Shown in pieces: positions 19,042 through 29,554 of a DNA stretch of 64,000 nucleotides (position 1 is its first letter; the number at the start of each line of letters is the position of its first letter). The DNA is taken from positions 32,001-96,000 of the forward strand of contig CAYLZE010000007.1 of the NCBI GenBank assembly GCA_964388035.1, read 5' to 3'. A model generated the notes under the pieces. It was not told the DNA's origin and made no database searches. It saw only the letters and a program-made list of their open reading frames with translations. Position numbers and translations under genes: made by a program. The stretch comes from an uncultured archaeon. Its GTDB lineage: Archaea; Asgardarchaeota; Lokiarchaeia; Sigyniarchaeales; SOKP01.

Positions 19042-21396
19042 ATGCCCAAATGTTTATTCTGTGATTCTCAAAACATTGACTTTACGTGTGAGAAATGTGG
19101 ATCTTCTTTTTGTATCAATCATAATGTGTCAACGGAACAATGGCATTGTAAACGACATGATATATATTATTCCAAAGCAACTGCTACGGAAAATGGTTTT
19201 AAGTGTAATGTTGTGGAAGAAAGTAGATGTCCGGAATGCGGAGGCTCTTTAATGTTAGATAGACTCAAATCCGGACAATATTATCTAAAATGCACCAAAT
19301 GCGATTGGAATTCTTATCTTAAAACACCAGGCTTGTTTTTCCCGAGCAAAGAACAACTTGCCCGTGAAGCCCAAAGATATGGGCTGATAAGAGGACTAAA
19401 ATTGTGTGGGAAGAAATTAAGAAACGTGCCAGGGAAAGAAATCTGTCCTAATTGTTTTATTACCTTATTAAAAAGGTCTCCCATTACAAAATTTTCCACT
19501 CTAGCAGATACTTTTAATATCTCGAATCCACAAATAATAAAAGTTATCAATAAATTCATGGATGAAGAACGGATTTATGGAATAATTGACGAAGTACATC
19601 ACATGTTCTACTATATTTCCTCCGAGCTCCGTGAAAAAATCTTAACTAAGTTTCATGAAGATGGAATCATGAAAGTCTCGGATTTATCTGAAATGTTAGA
19701 TACTAATAACGATGCAGCCATTCAAGTAATTTACAAATTAATTAGCCGATTTCACATTAAAGGCTCCTTCTCCTTGGATAAAAAATATTATTATACTCAA
19801 AGTTATATTTTGGAGAATATTATTAAAAAAATCAAAGAGAAAGGACGAGTCCCGGTTCAAGAATTATCTAGCGAGTTTGGATTACCGCAAGAAAGAATTA
19901 AATCTTTTTGCGTAAATCTAATGAGGACAAAAGAAATTAATGCCTTTTTTGCGGATAAAGGAAATGAAGTTATTACCACAAATCAAATTACGAAAGAAAT
20001 CCTCAATTTTGCGGACCGAGAAGGACTATTTGAACTTTCACGATTAGCCAAAGATTTAAAAATTGCGGTGGAATTAGCCCGAAAAAGTCTTCATGATATC
20101 ATTAAAACCGGCAATATCAAAGGGATTTTTACCCAAAGAAGAGAATTCATGACACTTAAACACATGGAAAAAAAAATAAAGGAAATTGCAAAGGCTTATA
20201 GAACAATGCCCTTGAGAGAATTATCTAACCGATTGGGTGTCACTGAATCCAGTATTGAAGAAAATCTAGCGTTATTAATCAGCAGAAATGAAATTGATGG
20301 ATATATCGATATGGCACAAAAAGTCTTTGTTGCCTATAGTGTTTCCTCACCAGAAACGGCACGAGCTAAGCAGCTAACCGTTGAACATGAAGATGAGGGT
20401 CATATAAAGGTATTAAGAGACTATGATTTCGTGGGAGGACAAGTGAGATTTAAGGTCGTTGTAAAAAATAATAGCAACATGGCTATTAACAATGTAAAAG
20501 TCATCTTGGATGCTCCCACTAGTTATAAAATAAAAGATCCTCTCATTAATATTCCCGTAATTGAATCGGGAAATTCACGAGGAGTAGATTTCTATATTGA
20601 GCCAAAAGAATGCGGAATGTCAAATATCTCGGGAACGGTGATCTATAAAAATGCGAAAGGAGATCAACGAACAATTCATATTCGAAATAAAGAAGTTCAA
20701 ATCAAGTGTCCATTAGTGTGTACGGATTTATCAACCATCGAAGATTGCCAATTAGCAATACAAACCTTGCCAAATGATGCAAGAGCATTCTTAATTGCCG
20801 ATTTGGATCCTCGCTTGGCGTTTAGAGCGGGAATCAGAGCCTTAAAGACTTTTGAAACGAACATGGTCACCTCCTATGAAGGAGGAAATGCACAAAAAGA
20901 ATATGAGGCGGAAGCCTGGTTTTGCGCTGAAGCAAAGGTTACTGGAGGACGTATCATCACAAGAGTGTACGTATCTGCCGCAAGTGAATCATTGGAAATG
21001 AGAGTATGGTGCAATAACCCCGGACAGTTAACCGGTTTTTTAGCTAAAGCAATTGAAGTACTTTTCGAGGAAATTAACATCATTAGAAAAATTAAAAGCG
21101 AAGAAAGAGAAAAAACCTTAGATGTAATGGCAATAACTCAAAACCTTGCAGAAATCAGCGATTATTGCATGCTTCGCTGGAAAGCACAAAATATTCGCAC
21201 TAAACTACATGATACTTTTGTACGACTTCAGAAAGTGATAGGCGAAAATGAAGCTATTTTCGGAAGATTTGAATTTTGGCTGACCCGTTTGAATGCTTAT
21301 GAAAAGGATGATAATATCTCGGATGAAGACGCTGATAAACTTGTCAATGATGTGGAAAAATTCAAGGATCTCCTCGCACGTACTATAAAAATATAA
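19042..21396 (+). CDS. Multidomain protein: zinc fingers, tandem winged-helix (PCI-like) repeats, Ig-like sandwich, alpha/beta platform and helical C-terminus
   Basis: Multiple CxxC at N-terminus; five ~60-aa repeats of helix-helix-strand type (e.g. LRELSNRLGVTESSIEENLALLISRNEIDGYID); VRFKVVVKNNSNMAINNVKV sandwich. ATG 19042 follows SD GGAGG. Confidence 0.7.
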   Translation: MPKCLFCDSQNIDFTCEKCGSSFCINHNVSTEQWHCKRHDIYYSKATATENGFKCNVVEESRCPECGGSLMLDRLKSGQYYLKCTKCDWNSYLKTPGLFFPSKEQLAREAQRYGLIRGLKLCGKKLRNVPGKEICPNCFITLLKRSPITKFSTLADTFNISNPQIIKVINKFMDEERIYGIIDEVHHMFYYISSELREKILTKFHEDGIMKVSDLSEMLDTNNDAAIQVIYKLISRFHIKGSFSLDKKYYYTQSYILENIIKKIKEKGRVPVQELSSEFGLPQERIKSFCVNLMRTKEINAFFADKGNEVITTNQITKEILNFADREGLFELSRLAKDLKIAVELARKSLHDIIKTGNIKGIFTQRREFMTLKHMEKKIKEIAKAYRTMPLRELSNRLGVTESSIEENLALLISRNEIDGYIDMAQKVFVAYSVSSPETARAKQLTVEHEDEGHIKVLRDYDFVGGQVRFKVVVKNNSNMAINNVKVILDAPTSYKIKDPLINIPVIESGNSRGVDFYIEPKECGMSNISGTVIYKNAKGDQRTIHIRNKEVQIKCPLVCTDLSTIEDCQLAIQTLPNDARAFLIADLDPRLAFRAGIRALKTFETNMVTSYEGGNAQKEYEAEAWFCAEAKVTGGRIITRVYVSAASESLEMRVWCNNPGQLTGFLAKAIEVLFEEINIIRKIKSEEREKTLDVMAITQNLAEISDYCMLRWKAQNIRTKLHDTFVRLQKVIGENEAIFGRFEFWLTRLNAYEKDDNISDEDADKLVNDVEKFKDLLARTIKI

Positions 21397-21762
21397 TTTA
21401 TTTCAATATCTTTTGTTTTACCTTTTTTAAAAAAATACTTGTAGTGTAAGAATTGTCCTGTTTTTCTTACTTAAGGATTACTTAGCAATTTAGTCTTAAA
21501 AAGATTAAGATCGATAATTGGACCATTCAAGATGTTTACAATGGAAAATTAAATATGTTACTTATAAGGGATTTTAGTAAAAATATGGCTTAATTTCCCT
21601 TCAAAAACATGAATGTAAAAATATTTTAAAAAAAATCAATTGAGTTATATAGAGAACATATATATAAGCATCATGATTAATTAACTAGTAATAGAAAAAA
21701 ATTATTATTGAATTAGTGTAAATTTAATAATAAATTAAAATTATAAAAAAGTCGGAATACTT

Positions 21763-22182
21763 ATGCCCATTATCAGTATCAGCCTTAATAAAAGTCTGGA
21801 AAAATTTATTAATAAATTAGTTTGCGACGACCAGTATCAAAATAAATCAAAAATAGTTCGAGATGCCTTGTTAAGGTTGATGTCCACCATGGACGTTTCC
21901 GATTCGATTGCGGAAGGATATGGCGAACTGGTCCCTATATCTAAAAACATCATGGGGAACATGATCATCATCGTTGAAAATGATGTTGAAATTCATAAAA
22001 AGTTAAATAAAATCGAGTTGGACTTCAAAGATCAAATTGTAAGTAAAACTCAGAATTTTTCTCCAAAAGAGAGCTTAATTTTCATAACATATGAAGGAAC
22101 AGTAAAAGATTTCCAAAGAATGGTCGTGGAGATCAATAGCATAAAAGAATTAAAGAACTTTCGTTATTTAATTGTAAATTAA
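21763..22182 (+). CDS. Ribbon-helix-helix (CopG/NikR-like) regulator with ACT-like C-terminal domain
   Basis: MPIISISL...YQNKSKIVRDAL RHH signature. Confidence 0.75.
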   Translation: MPIISISLNKSLEKFINKLVCDDQYQNKSKIVRDALLRLMSTMDVSDSIAEGYGELVPISKNIMGNMIIIVENDVEIHKKLNKIELDFKDQIVSKTQNFSPKESLIFITYEGTVKDFQRMVVEINSIKELKNFRYLIVN

Positions 22183-22348
22183 ATTTAATTGCTTTAAGAT
22201 TAAATCTAACCTACTTTTTCTTGTTCACCCCATTTTTATTTAATTAAAGTTAGGACGTAAATAAAATTGATATCTAGTTTTTATTTCTTTCTTTCACGTT
22301 AGTTTAACTTTCAAAGTTTATTTGACATTCATTGTTAATTTTATTATC

Positions 22349-22708
22349 ATGGGAAAAAATAAATATGGAAAGGGATACCAAGATAAGAAAAGTACCTCAG
22401 AAAGTTCCGGTAAAAGTGGAGGTGCACCCATTAAAGGAGGAAAAATAAAAGCGTCTCATATTCTCGTGGATAAGTTGAGCCAAGCGCAAGATATACATGA
22501 ACAACTTCTTTCGGGAGCAGACTTTGCAGACCTTGCAAAAAAATATTCTACTTGTTCAAGTAGAAAGAAAGGTGGAGATTTAGGAGCATTTCCTAAAGGA
22601 ACCATGGTACCCGAATTTTGGGATGCTTGCGTGAAACTGAACATTAACCAAATTTCCACTCCCGTGAAATCCAGGTTTGGATATCACATCATTAAACGTA
22701 CGGGATGA
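22349..22708 (+). CDS. Parvulin-type peptidyl-prolyl isomerase (Par14-like)
   Basis: KASHILV, GGDLG, MVPEF, SRFGYHII; ATG 22349 preferred over track TTG. Confidence 0.92.
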   Translation: MGKNKYGKGYQDKKSTSESSGKSGGAPIKGGKIKASHILVDKLSQAQDIHEQLLSGADFADLAKKYSTCSSRKKGGDLGAFPKGTMVPEFWDACVKLNINQISTPVKSRFGYHIIKRTG

Positions 22709-22734
22709 TTTCTTTAATTCTTATAGCATTAAAA

Positions 22735-22839
22735 TAGTCCCGCCCGGATTTGAACCGGGGTCTCGGGATTTCTCCACGTCCGAACGGCTAATAAGAACAT
22801 TTCAGAGTCCCAAATGCTTGGCCGCTACACCACGGGACT
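22735..22839 (-). tRNA. tRNA-Gln(CTG) with 32-nt canonical 37/38 intron (22770-22801)
   Basis: Acceptor AGTCCCG/CGGGACT (A1-U72), T-arm CCCGG TTCAAAT CCGGG, BHB helix CTCT/GGAG; 73 nt spliced. Confidence 0.95.
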
Positions 22840-23917
22840 TGAGTATTTATTTAAGCAATAAAGTAATAAGGAATTACTCGAATTATTGAAGTCAAATTCA
22901 TAGATAAAAATACTTTAAATTGTATAATTTAACGAAATATTAATTTTTTGTTATTTTTTTTCTTTACTCGTCCTCGAAAAATATTATTATAATGCCAAAT
23001 AATGAGAAAGTGAACCTACATGTCTAAAAATTAAGAAAACTCTAAATTCACTAGAGATAATTGTTTTATGTCCTTTGATCTTTGCTGAATAAAAAAAGAG
23101 ACCTTTCGATATGGTTTTAAGCCCAATTATAATTATTATTAACCTATTAATATGCTTCAATAGTTAGAATTAGTTAAGGCGTAAAAAAAAGATCCCATAT
23201 GTATCCCCTCGTTTTAAGGAGCAAAATAGTTAAATTATCCATGTATGGGTAGCCAATTCAATCATTAAAATCTCAATTGTTTGAAATCCCTTTGCTACAG
23301 CTAATGGAACTCGAAAGAAAATTTGAATACTTCAATTATATTGGTCTTCTCGAAAACATAGAATCTTGAAAATAGAAATGCAAATGGAAATTTCATTTTA
23401 ATAGTGGTCTTAAATTCAGATGAATGATTTCTTAGAACATAAGTTTTTTTCGAATATTTTTGATAATTTATATATATTAAAGATAGATTTATTAACGTTT
23501 ATATCTATTTTATTACTAGGATTACACATTCATGGAGAATCGAAAAAGAGAGATTCAGTTTTAAAAACTTATTTTTTAACCCTTTTTTAGGAAAAAAAAC
23601 CCCGTGACTTACTTAAAAAGACTGAAAAAAAAACCCTAAAAACTGGATAATCTTTAAAATTCTCCAGTGTAATCCGCTTTAATAATTATTTAAATTCTAT
23701 TATTTAAAATTGATGTAATATACAAACATGTATGATATTTGATCTGAAGCATGTTATTCCTTTTACCCATTGAAATTATTTATAATTAGGTTATGTAGAG
23801 TATTGTTCTTTTTCTAGGTGTTAAGCAATGCTATAGTGAATCAGAATAAAGATTTATCCCTGCCCAAGCACAAATTAGAATTTTTTGAATTCAAATGCAA
23901 GGTAAAAAAATTGCAGT

Positions 23918-25141
23918 TTAATCTAAACTTTTCGTTATAGATTTATAGACATGTTTAAAATATTTATCACTCATCCCCGACACGTAATCTCGAACAATGA
24001 GAGGCAAGTTTCCTTCTTTTCGAAGCGGCTCGTAATATGTTGAATATTTTTCATCATCAATATACTCTATGTGATCCTTGAAAATAGGAGCTTCATAATT
24101 TTGTTCTATCAAATCCTTGAGACTAGTATCAAAAATAAGTTCAAATTTTTTTTTCAATTCTTCTAAATAAGTTTGATTCGAGTTTTCTTGTTTCACGAAA
24201 AGATCTCTCCTGAGATATACATTTTCGTGATTAAAAATTTTTAGTTCTCTTAAAGCTTCAAAGATTTGTTGAGAATAACCTATGGAGTCATTATCAAAGC
24301 TAAAAGTAAGGAGGTCCATGATTAAAGTATTCATGATACTGCGATTCGTGTCCCCCAAAATTTCCCGACATCTATTAGGAATATCCTCTCGTTTTATAAA
24401 ATTTAATAGAATAGCATCTTCCAGATCCCTTCCAATATATGAAATGGTATCTGCAAATCGGACTGCAATCCCTTCATAAGACATCGGAATTCTTTTAATT
24501 TTATGGTCTCCGAAACAATCTTCATATTCCTTCTCATGATCGTTCCATGTTTTTCCATTAATTTTAGTGGGTTTTAATTTCTGCTCATTAATTTCTCCAT
24601 CATGACATAAGATGCCATCCAGAACTTGTAGAGTCAAGTTCAATCCTTTTGCGGGTTGCTTGGGAAAGCGCCTTTCTAAATAGGATAGCCATCTAACGCT
24701 TTGGGCATTATGGCTGAAACTTTTCATGCCATTTTTCCTGCTAATTTCATCCAAAATTCTCTCTCCTAAATGTCCAAAAGGACTATGTCCAACATCATGC
24801 CCTAAAGCAATGGCCTCAATTAAATCATTATTTAATTTTAATACTCTACCAATTTGCCTAGAAATTCTTGAAACGAGAATCACATGTAAAGACCGATGGG
24901 TAATATTGGCATTGTTAATTTCAAAAAATACTTGAGTTTTATCAATATATCTCGCATAGGCTTTGCTATGGACGATTCTATCTACATCTCTAAAAAAAGG
25001 GGGCCTAATATCTTTATAGCCTCTTTCCTCTTCATCTTCTTCATATAATCGGGAGGCTTGAGAATCTAAAATGCCATGTGGAGCAATATCAGAATCTTTT
25101 CTTAATCGAACACGCAATTGTTCAATCATTTTTTGATCCAT
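23918..25141 (-). CDS. HD-domain dGTP triphosphohydrolase (Dgt-like)
   Basis: RDVDRIVHS, KTQVF, RSLH, GHDVGHSPFGH, ADTISY, RDYVSGMSD; ATG 25141 after SD AAGGTG. Confidence 0.88.
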   Translation of the reverse strand: MDQKMIEQLRVRLRKDSDIAPHGILDSQASRLYEEDEEERGYKDIRPPFFRDVDRIVHSKAYARYIDKTQVFFEINNANITHRSLHVILVSRISRQIGRVLKLNNDLIEAIALGHDVGHSPFGHLGERILDEISRKNGMKSFSHNAQSVRWLSYLERRFPKQPAKGLNLTLQVLDGILCHDGEINEQKLKPTKINGKTWNDHEKEYEDCFGDHKIKRIPMSYEGIAVRFADTISYIGRDLEDAILLNFIKREDIPNRCREILGDTNRSIMNTLIMDLLTFSFDNDSIGYSQQIFEALRELKIFNHENVYLRRDLFVKQENSNQTYLEELKKKFELIFDTSLKDLIEQNYEAPIFKDHIEYIDDEKYSTYYEPLRKEGNLPLIVRDYVSGMSDKYFKHVYKSITKSLD

Positions 25142-25259
25142 ATTTAGCACCTTGGATGGAAATTACTTATATTTATACTTTACCTTGGATTTTGGGATTG
25201 AATTAAATTCAAGGTCACATGGCTTGTGTAATATTAAAGAATAAAAGATATTCATAAAA

Positions 25260-26213
25260 TTACCCAAATTTTATTTCAATAGCTAAATGTGGGCATTGTT
25301 CTTTGCACGTTAAACAGAGATTACATTCCCCTTTTCCATTAAAGAACTCAAAGGGTTCATCTAAAATGCGGATTTGTTTAGGACACACTTTTTCACATAT
25401 TCCACAATTGGCTCTGCCCACGCATCTCACGGGACTTCGGGATAATTTTAAAAAAGAATAATTGCCAATGTATGCAGCAAAAGCTCCGAATGGGCACAAA
25501 TACTTACAATAGGCTCTTGGATACCAGACGGAAATAACAATGACGATTAAATAATAAATAAATATGAAAAAAGTTAGAAAATCCTTAAATAAAGATTGTA
25601 AATTGGCTTGCTTTAAAATTTGTTGGATTAGATTGGGAAGAAAATAGAAAAGATATTCGGACAGAGAAAAATATCCCATGGGCTTATTTCCAAGAGCACC
25701 CAGATTATCCCTAAAACTTTGATAAAACTCAGGATCTGTATTATAAGTAAACGCTAAAGGAATGGTGATAATGAATAAAAGAATTAGTATAAATTTTTTA
25801 ATTCGAACAAGGAAATTGTGCATGTCTTTTGACACCGTTTTTTTATTTTTAGTGGGAATCGCCACTAACGCATCTTGAATTGCCCCTATAGGACAAATCC
25901 ACCCACAAAAGAATCGGCTGGTAAATAGCAAAATTAAGACGAGCGCGCCTATCAAAAACCAGGGATAAATTCCCTCCGTTAGGGAGAAAAAAATAAATTC
26001 TAAAAAACCAGCGCCATCTGAAAGATGATTTCTGGGAGAATTTAAGATAGGTAAGATTTTAATTAAAACATCATATTCAGAAAGGTTGATCGAGAAAATA
26101 TATTCTATGATAACAAAATTGATTACAATAAATGCAATAATTTGAATGACATGTCGAATTTTCGTGGTAACATGTTCCGTGAATTTCATTTTCTTAAGAG
26201 TCAATACATCCAC
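25260..26213 (-). CDS. Membrane-bound 4Fe-4S protein (NapH/MauN-like)
   Basis: RFFCGWICPIG, YCKYLCPFG, two C-terminal ferredoxin motifs, TM helices. Confidence 0.85.
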   Translation of the reverse strand: MDVLTLKKMKFTEHVTTKIRHVIQIIAFIVINFVIIEYIFSINLSEYDVLIKILPILNSPRNHLSDGAGFLEFIFFSLTEGIYPWFLIGALVLILLFTSRFFCGWICPIGAIQDALVAIPTKNKKTVSKDMHNFLVRIKKFILILLFIITIPLAFTYNTDPEFYQSFRDNLGALGNKPMGYFSLSEYLFYFLPNLIQQILKQANLQSLFKDFLTFFIFIYYLIVIVISVWYPRAYCKYLCPFGAFAAYIGNYSFLKLSRSPVRCVGRANCGICEKVCPKQIRILDEPFEFFNGKGECNLCLTCKEQCPHLAIEIKFG

Positions 26214-26371
26214 TACAAACCAAGTTTAAATTATTTAATCTTTGTTTTTTAAAAAAAATTCTCATAATCACATTAATCTTTAAGATAACTTGAACGATTA
26301 TCTTAAAATTATTAAATAGAATTATGAGTTGGACGGTAAAATTAGGTATTAAGAATAAATTTTTAATATTA

Positions 26372-28282
26372 TTATCTCAATAAGATCGTTTCACAATTTC
26401 GCATTGCTTTGGTCGCCTTCCTGAGCTTTTTGTGCACCATCGTGGAAAGACTAATTGTTTTACTCTCCTCTCCGTGATTAGTTAAAACTACTTTAGGGCG
26501 GGGTTGAATTCTTCTGAGGAATTGCGATATTTGGGATCTTGATGAGTGCCCACTAAATCCTTCTAATGTAAAACTATTAAGATTTAATCTTACTAATTGT
26601 GTTCTCCCCTTTTCATCCACGTATTGGAATTCCTTGAATCCTTTTTGTATTCTATTACCTAATGTTCCCGCAACTTGATAAGAAACAAAGACCAAGGAAC
26701 TATTTTTATCTTCAGCCAATCCTTTTAGATATTGAACAGATGGGCCTCCAATAAGCATTCCACTGGTAGCCATGATGACGCATGGACCTCCCCCAAGAAT
26801 ATCTAATCGTTCTTGATGCGTATTAACGGTGGTGAATAAATCACTGAGAAAGGGATTTTTTCCTTGATGTAATATTTTTTCCCGTAAATCGCTGCTTAGA
26901 AAATCGGGATTGGCAGTGTGGATTGCGGTTGCTTCTGCAATTAACCCGTCTAAAAACACGGGAACTTTATCGATTAATCCTTTTGAAATAAATTCTTCCA
27001 GGACAATAATTAACTCTTGTGCTCTTCCTACTGCCAAGACAGGGATCAATATTTTTCCACCTCTATTAATGGTAGAATTAACGATTTGTCGGAATTCTTT
27101 TTCAGAATCTTGCCTGCTAGGGATTCTATCTTGGGGTCCACCATAAGTAGATTCAATTAATAGACCCTCAACTCTTGGGAATTTTACATTTGCTTTCTCT
27201 AATAGCCTTGTTTTTTGATATTTCATATCTCCCGTATATACGAAATTAAATCCTCCTTTTCCGAAATGTAGGTGTATCATGGAAGAACCAAGAATATGAC
27301 CAGAATTATGAAGAGTTAATTTAATGTCAGGAGCAATATCCGTTACTTTTCCCCAAGATAATGGGATAGTATGAAGTACCGTGGTTTTAACATCACGTTT
27401 TGAATACGGAGGTACCACTCCTTCCTTTTCACAAATTTGCACGAAATCTAATTGTAGCATGGTGGATAAATTACGGGTGGGTAGAGTACAATAAACTGGT
27501 CCCCGATATCCGTATTTATAGAGAAAGGGAACCATTCCACAATGGTCTAAGTGTGCATGAGATACTACCACAGCATCTAAATCTCTTACACTGAATTCGG
27601 GTAATTCAAAATGGGGAAACATTTCCGAATTATTACCCACATTTAATCCACAATCTAAGAGTACATTACTATCTCTAGTTTGCATCAAGATGCACGATCT
27701 TCCGACTTCTCTAAAACCTCCCAAGGTGGTTAAACGAATATTCAGATCATTAAAAAGTACGGGCCTATGAATCCTTTTTCCAATTCTTAGTAAAATATCC
27801 TTTTGAGTTTGTCTTTCATTTGCAAGCATCTTTCTTATTAAAGTGATGGTTTTTGATTCTAAAGGCGGGGTTCGGATGGTTTTAGGTTGCCAAAACGTAT
27901 TAGTTCGAATTTCCTTTAGATTAACTCCTTTTTTTCCAATCACGATACCGGGTTTCCCGCTTTCAATTATTACCTCGCCCCTAGTATGATCAAATTCAAT
28001 CGCAGATACTTCTGCCGCTTCGCCAACAAGATTTCGTATATATGCTTCTGTTTCGGCTGGATCTTTCCTTTCTTCTACGTTCCATCGAAATACAATTCGC
28101 TTTCGCATTTTTTTGGCAAGTTCTTTTAATACCGAACTATTTTCAATGGATTCGGTATCATGATTTGAACTATATACCGCAATTTCCGGACCTTCAAATT
28201 CAATGCGATGTACATCGACATCAGGAGGAAGACTTTGAATAATTTGGTCCTTTATTTTCTGTAATGCAATATCTACTGACAT
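26372..28282 (-). CDS. fttA: Beta-CASP ribonuclease aCPSF1 (FttA, transcription termination factor)
   Basis: Two N-terminal KH domains (KPGIVIGKKG), SHAHLDHCG, GHILGS, FSGHS, NHGE; 636 aa. Confidence 0.95.
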   Translation of the reverse strand: MSVDIALQKIKDQIIQSLPPDVDVHRIEFEGPEIAVYSSNHDTESIENSSVLKELAKKMRKRIVFRWNVEERKDPAETEAYIRNLVGEAAEVSAIEFDHTRGEVIIESGKPGIVIGKKGVNLKEIRTNTFWQPKTIRTPPLESKTITLIRKMLANERQTQKDILLRIGKRIHRPVLFNDLNIRLTTLGGFREVGRSCILMQTRDSNVLLDCGLNVGNNSEMFPHFELPEFSVRDLDAVVVSHAHLDHCGMVPFLYKYGYRGPVYCTLPTRNLSTMLQLDFVQICEKEGVVPPYSKRDVKTTVLHTIPLSWGKVTDIAPDIKLTLHNSGHILGSSMIHLHFGKGGFNFVYTGDMKYQKTRLLEKANVKFPRVEGLLIESTYGGPQDRIPSRQDSEKEFRQIVNSTINRGGKILIPVLAVGRAQELIIVLEEFISKGLIDKVPVFLDGLIAEATAIHTANPDFLSSDLREKILHQGKNPFLSDLFTTVNTHQERLDILGGGPCVIMATSGMLIGGPSVQYLKGLAEDKNSSLVFVSYQVAGTLGNRIQKGFKEFQYVDEKGRTQLVRLNLNSFTLEGFSGHSSRSQISQFLRRIQPRPKVVLTNHGEESKTISLSTMVHKKLRKATKAMRNCETILLR

Positions 28283-28872
28283 TGGGATTATTAAGGTTAT
28301 CTTCTCTTTTTTTAGTATAATTTCTTTAGGAATTAATAATAACGCTTTTGAATTTCTTAGTATCTAATTATTTTCAAAATATTAGATTAAATATGATGAT
28401 TAATAATATTCTTTTTAATTAACTCGTATTAGTTAATTGGCGTGTAGATATGGTTTTATTTGCTTTAATAATTAGGTAGCGTGTCAAAACGCTAATTTCA
28501 GCGTTAATAAAACAAATTCAAAAAGAAATTATTTCTTAATTTCTACTTAAAATAAAACATAAAATAAATAAAAACCTTTCCATTTACTTGAGAAAAACCT
28601 TTACCCTTAATAAGATCCACTGAAGGACAATTTGTTAATTATCTGGTTAAAATTTGTTTTTCCTCCATTAATTATCTTTAATGCCTTCATGATTCAAAAT
28701 TTAAGGTGTTATTATTTCAAGGGTAATTCAACCTTTACTGGTTATTTCACTCGATATCTTGGGTCAAACTCTTATAATTTTGAAACATCTATACTCAGAT
28801 TTTAATCTGAAGATAATGGATAATTCTCCTTTGATACAAAATTTTTTTATATATAAAAATTACAGATGAAAT

Positions 28873-29505
28873 ATGGACAAGGTGAAAATTGGAGCTATAG
28901 CTTCTGGATCGGGGTCTAATTTTGAAGCTGTTGTTAAGGCATGTGAAACGGGAATTTTAAAGAATAAGGCAACCGTGGAAGTGCTAATTTGTAATAAAGC
29001 AGGAGCGTATTGCATGGAGAGAGCTAAAAGCCATTTAATCCCATATTATTTAATAGAATCAAGCGAGCATGAGGGGACGAGAGAAGAATTTGATGCAAAA
29101 ATGGTTCACGTTTTAAAAAAACACGAGTGTACTTTGGCCATTTTAGCGGGATACATGAGATTTGTAAGCCAATATTTTATTGAGGCGTTTAAGGGTAACG
29201 TCATGAATATTCATCCCGCTCTATTACCTTCGTTTAAAGGCATGCATGCCCATAGGGATGTTCTAAATTATGGCGTGAAAGTTTCGGGATGCACTGTTCA
29301 TTTTATTGATGCAAAGGAGGATCACGGTCCGATTATCATACAAAAGTGCGTGCCCGTTTATGATACTGACACGGAAGTAACTTTAGGAGCAAGAGTGTTG
29401 GAATTTGAACATAAAATTTTTCCTAAGGCAATTGAACTTTTTTGCGATAATCGGCTTCATGTAGATGGAAGAATAGTACGAGTTGATGGAGAAGTTACTT
29501 TATAG
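28873..29505 (+). CDS. purN: Phosphoribosylglycinamide formyltransferase
   Basis: SGSGSNFEA, LAGYMR, NIHPALLPSFKG, GCTVHF, DHGPII. Confidence 0.95.
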   Translation: MDKVKIGAIASGSGSNFEAVVKACETGILKNKATVEVLICNKAGAYCMERAKSHLIPYYLIESSEHEGTREEFDAKMVHVLKKHECTLAILAGYMRFVSQYFIEAFKGNVMNIHPALLPSFKGMHAHRDVLNYGVKVSGCTVHFIDAKEDHGPIIIQKCVPVYDTDTEVTLGARVLEFEHKIFPKAIELFCDNRLHVDGRIVRVDGEVTL

Positions 29506-29554
29506 AGAACTTAATTTATCATCTTTTTTTTAATATATTGGGAAATGGCAATTT

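Noticed and set aside
22840-23917. ~1.1-kb ORF-free AT-rich gap next to tRNA-Gln as an integrated-element scar, origin or CRISPR
   Set aside because: It lies on the 5' side of the tRNA, with no duplicated tRNA 3' end, no regular repeats, no ORB-like boxes or cdc6, and only short ORF fragments; left unexplained
23918-25141. dGTPase as an anti-phage defence gene
   Set aside because: Housekeeping context (aCPSF1, ferredoxin) and no defence-island neighbours
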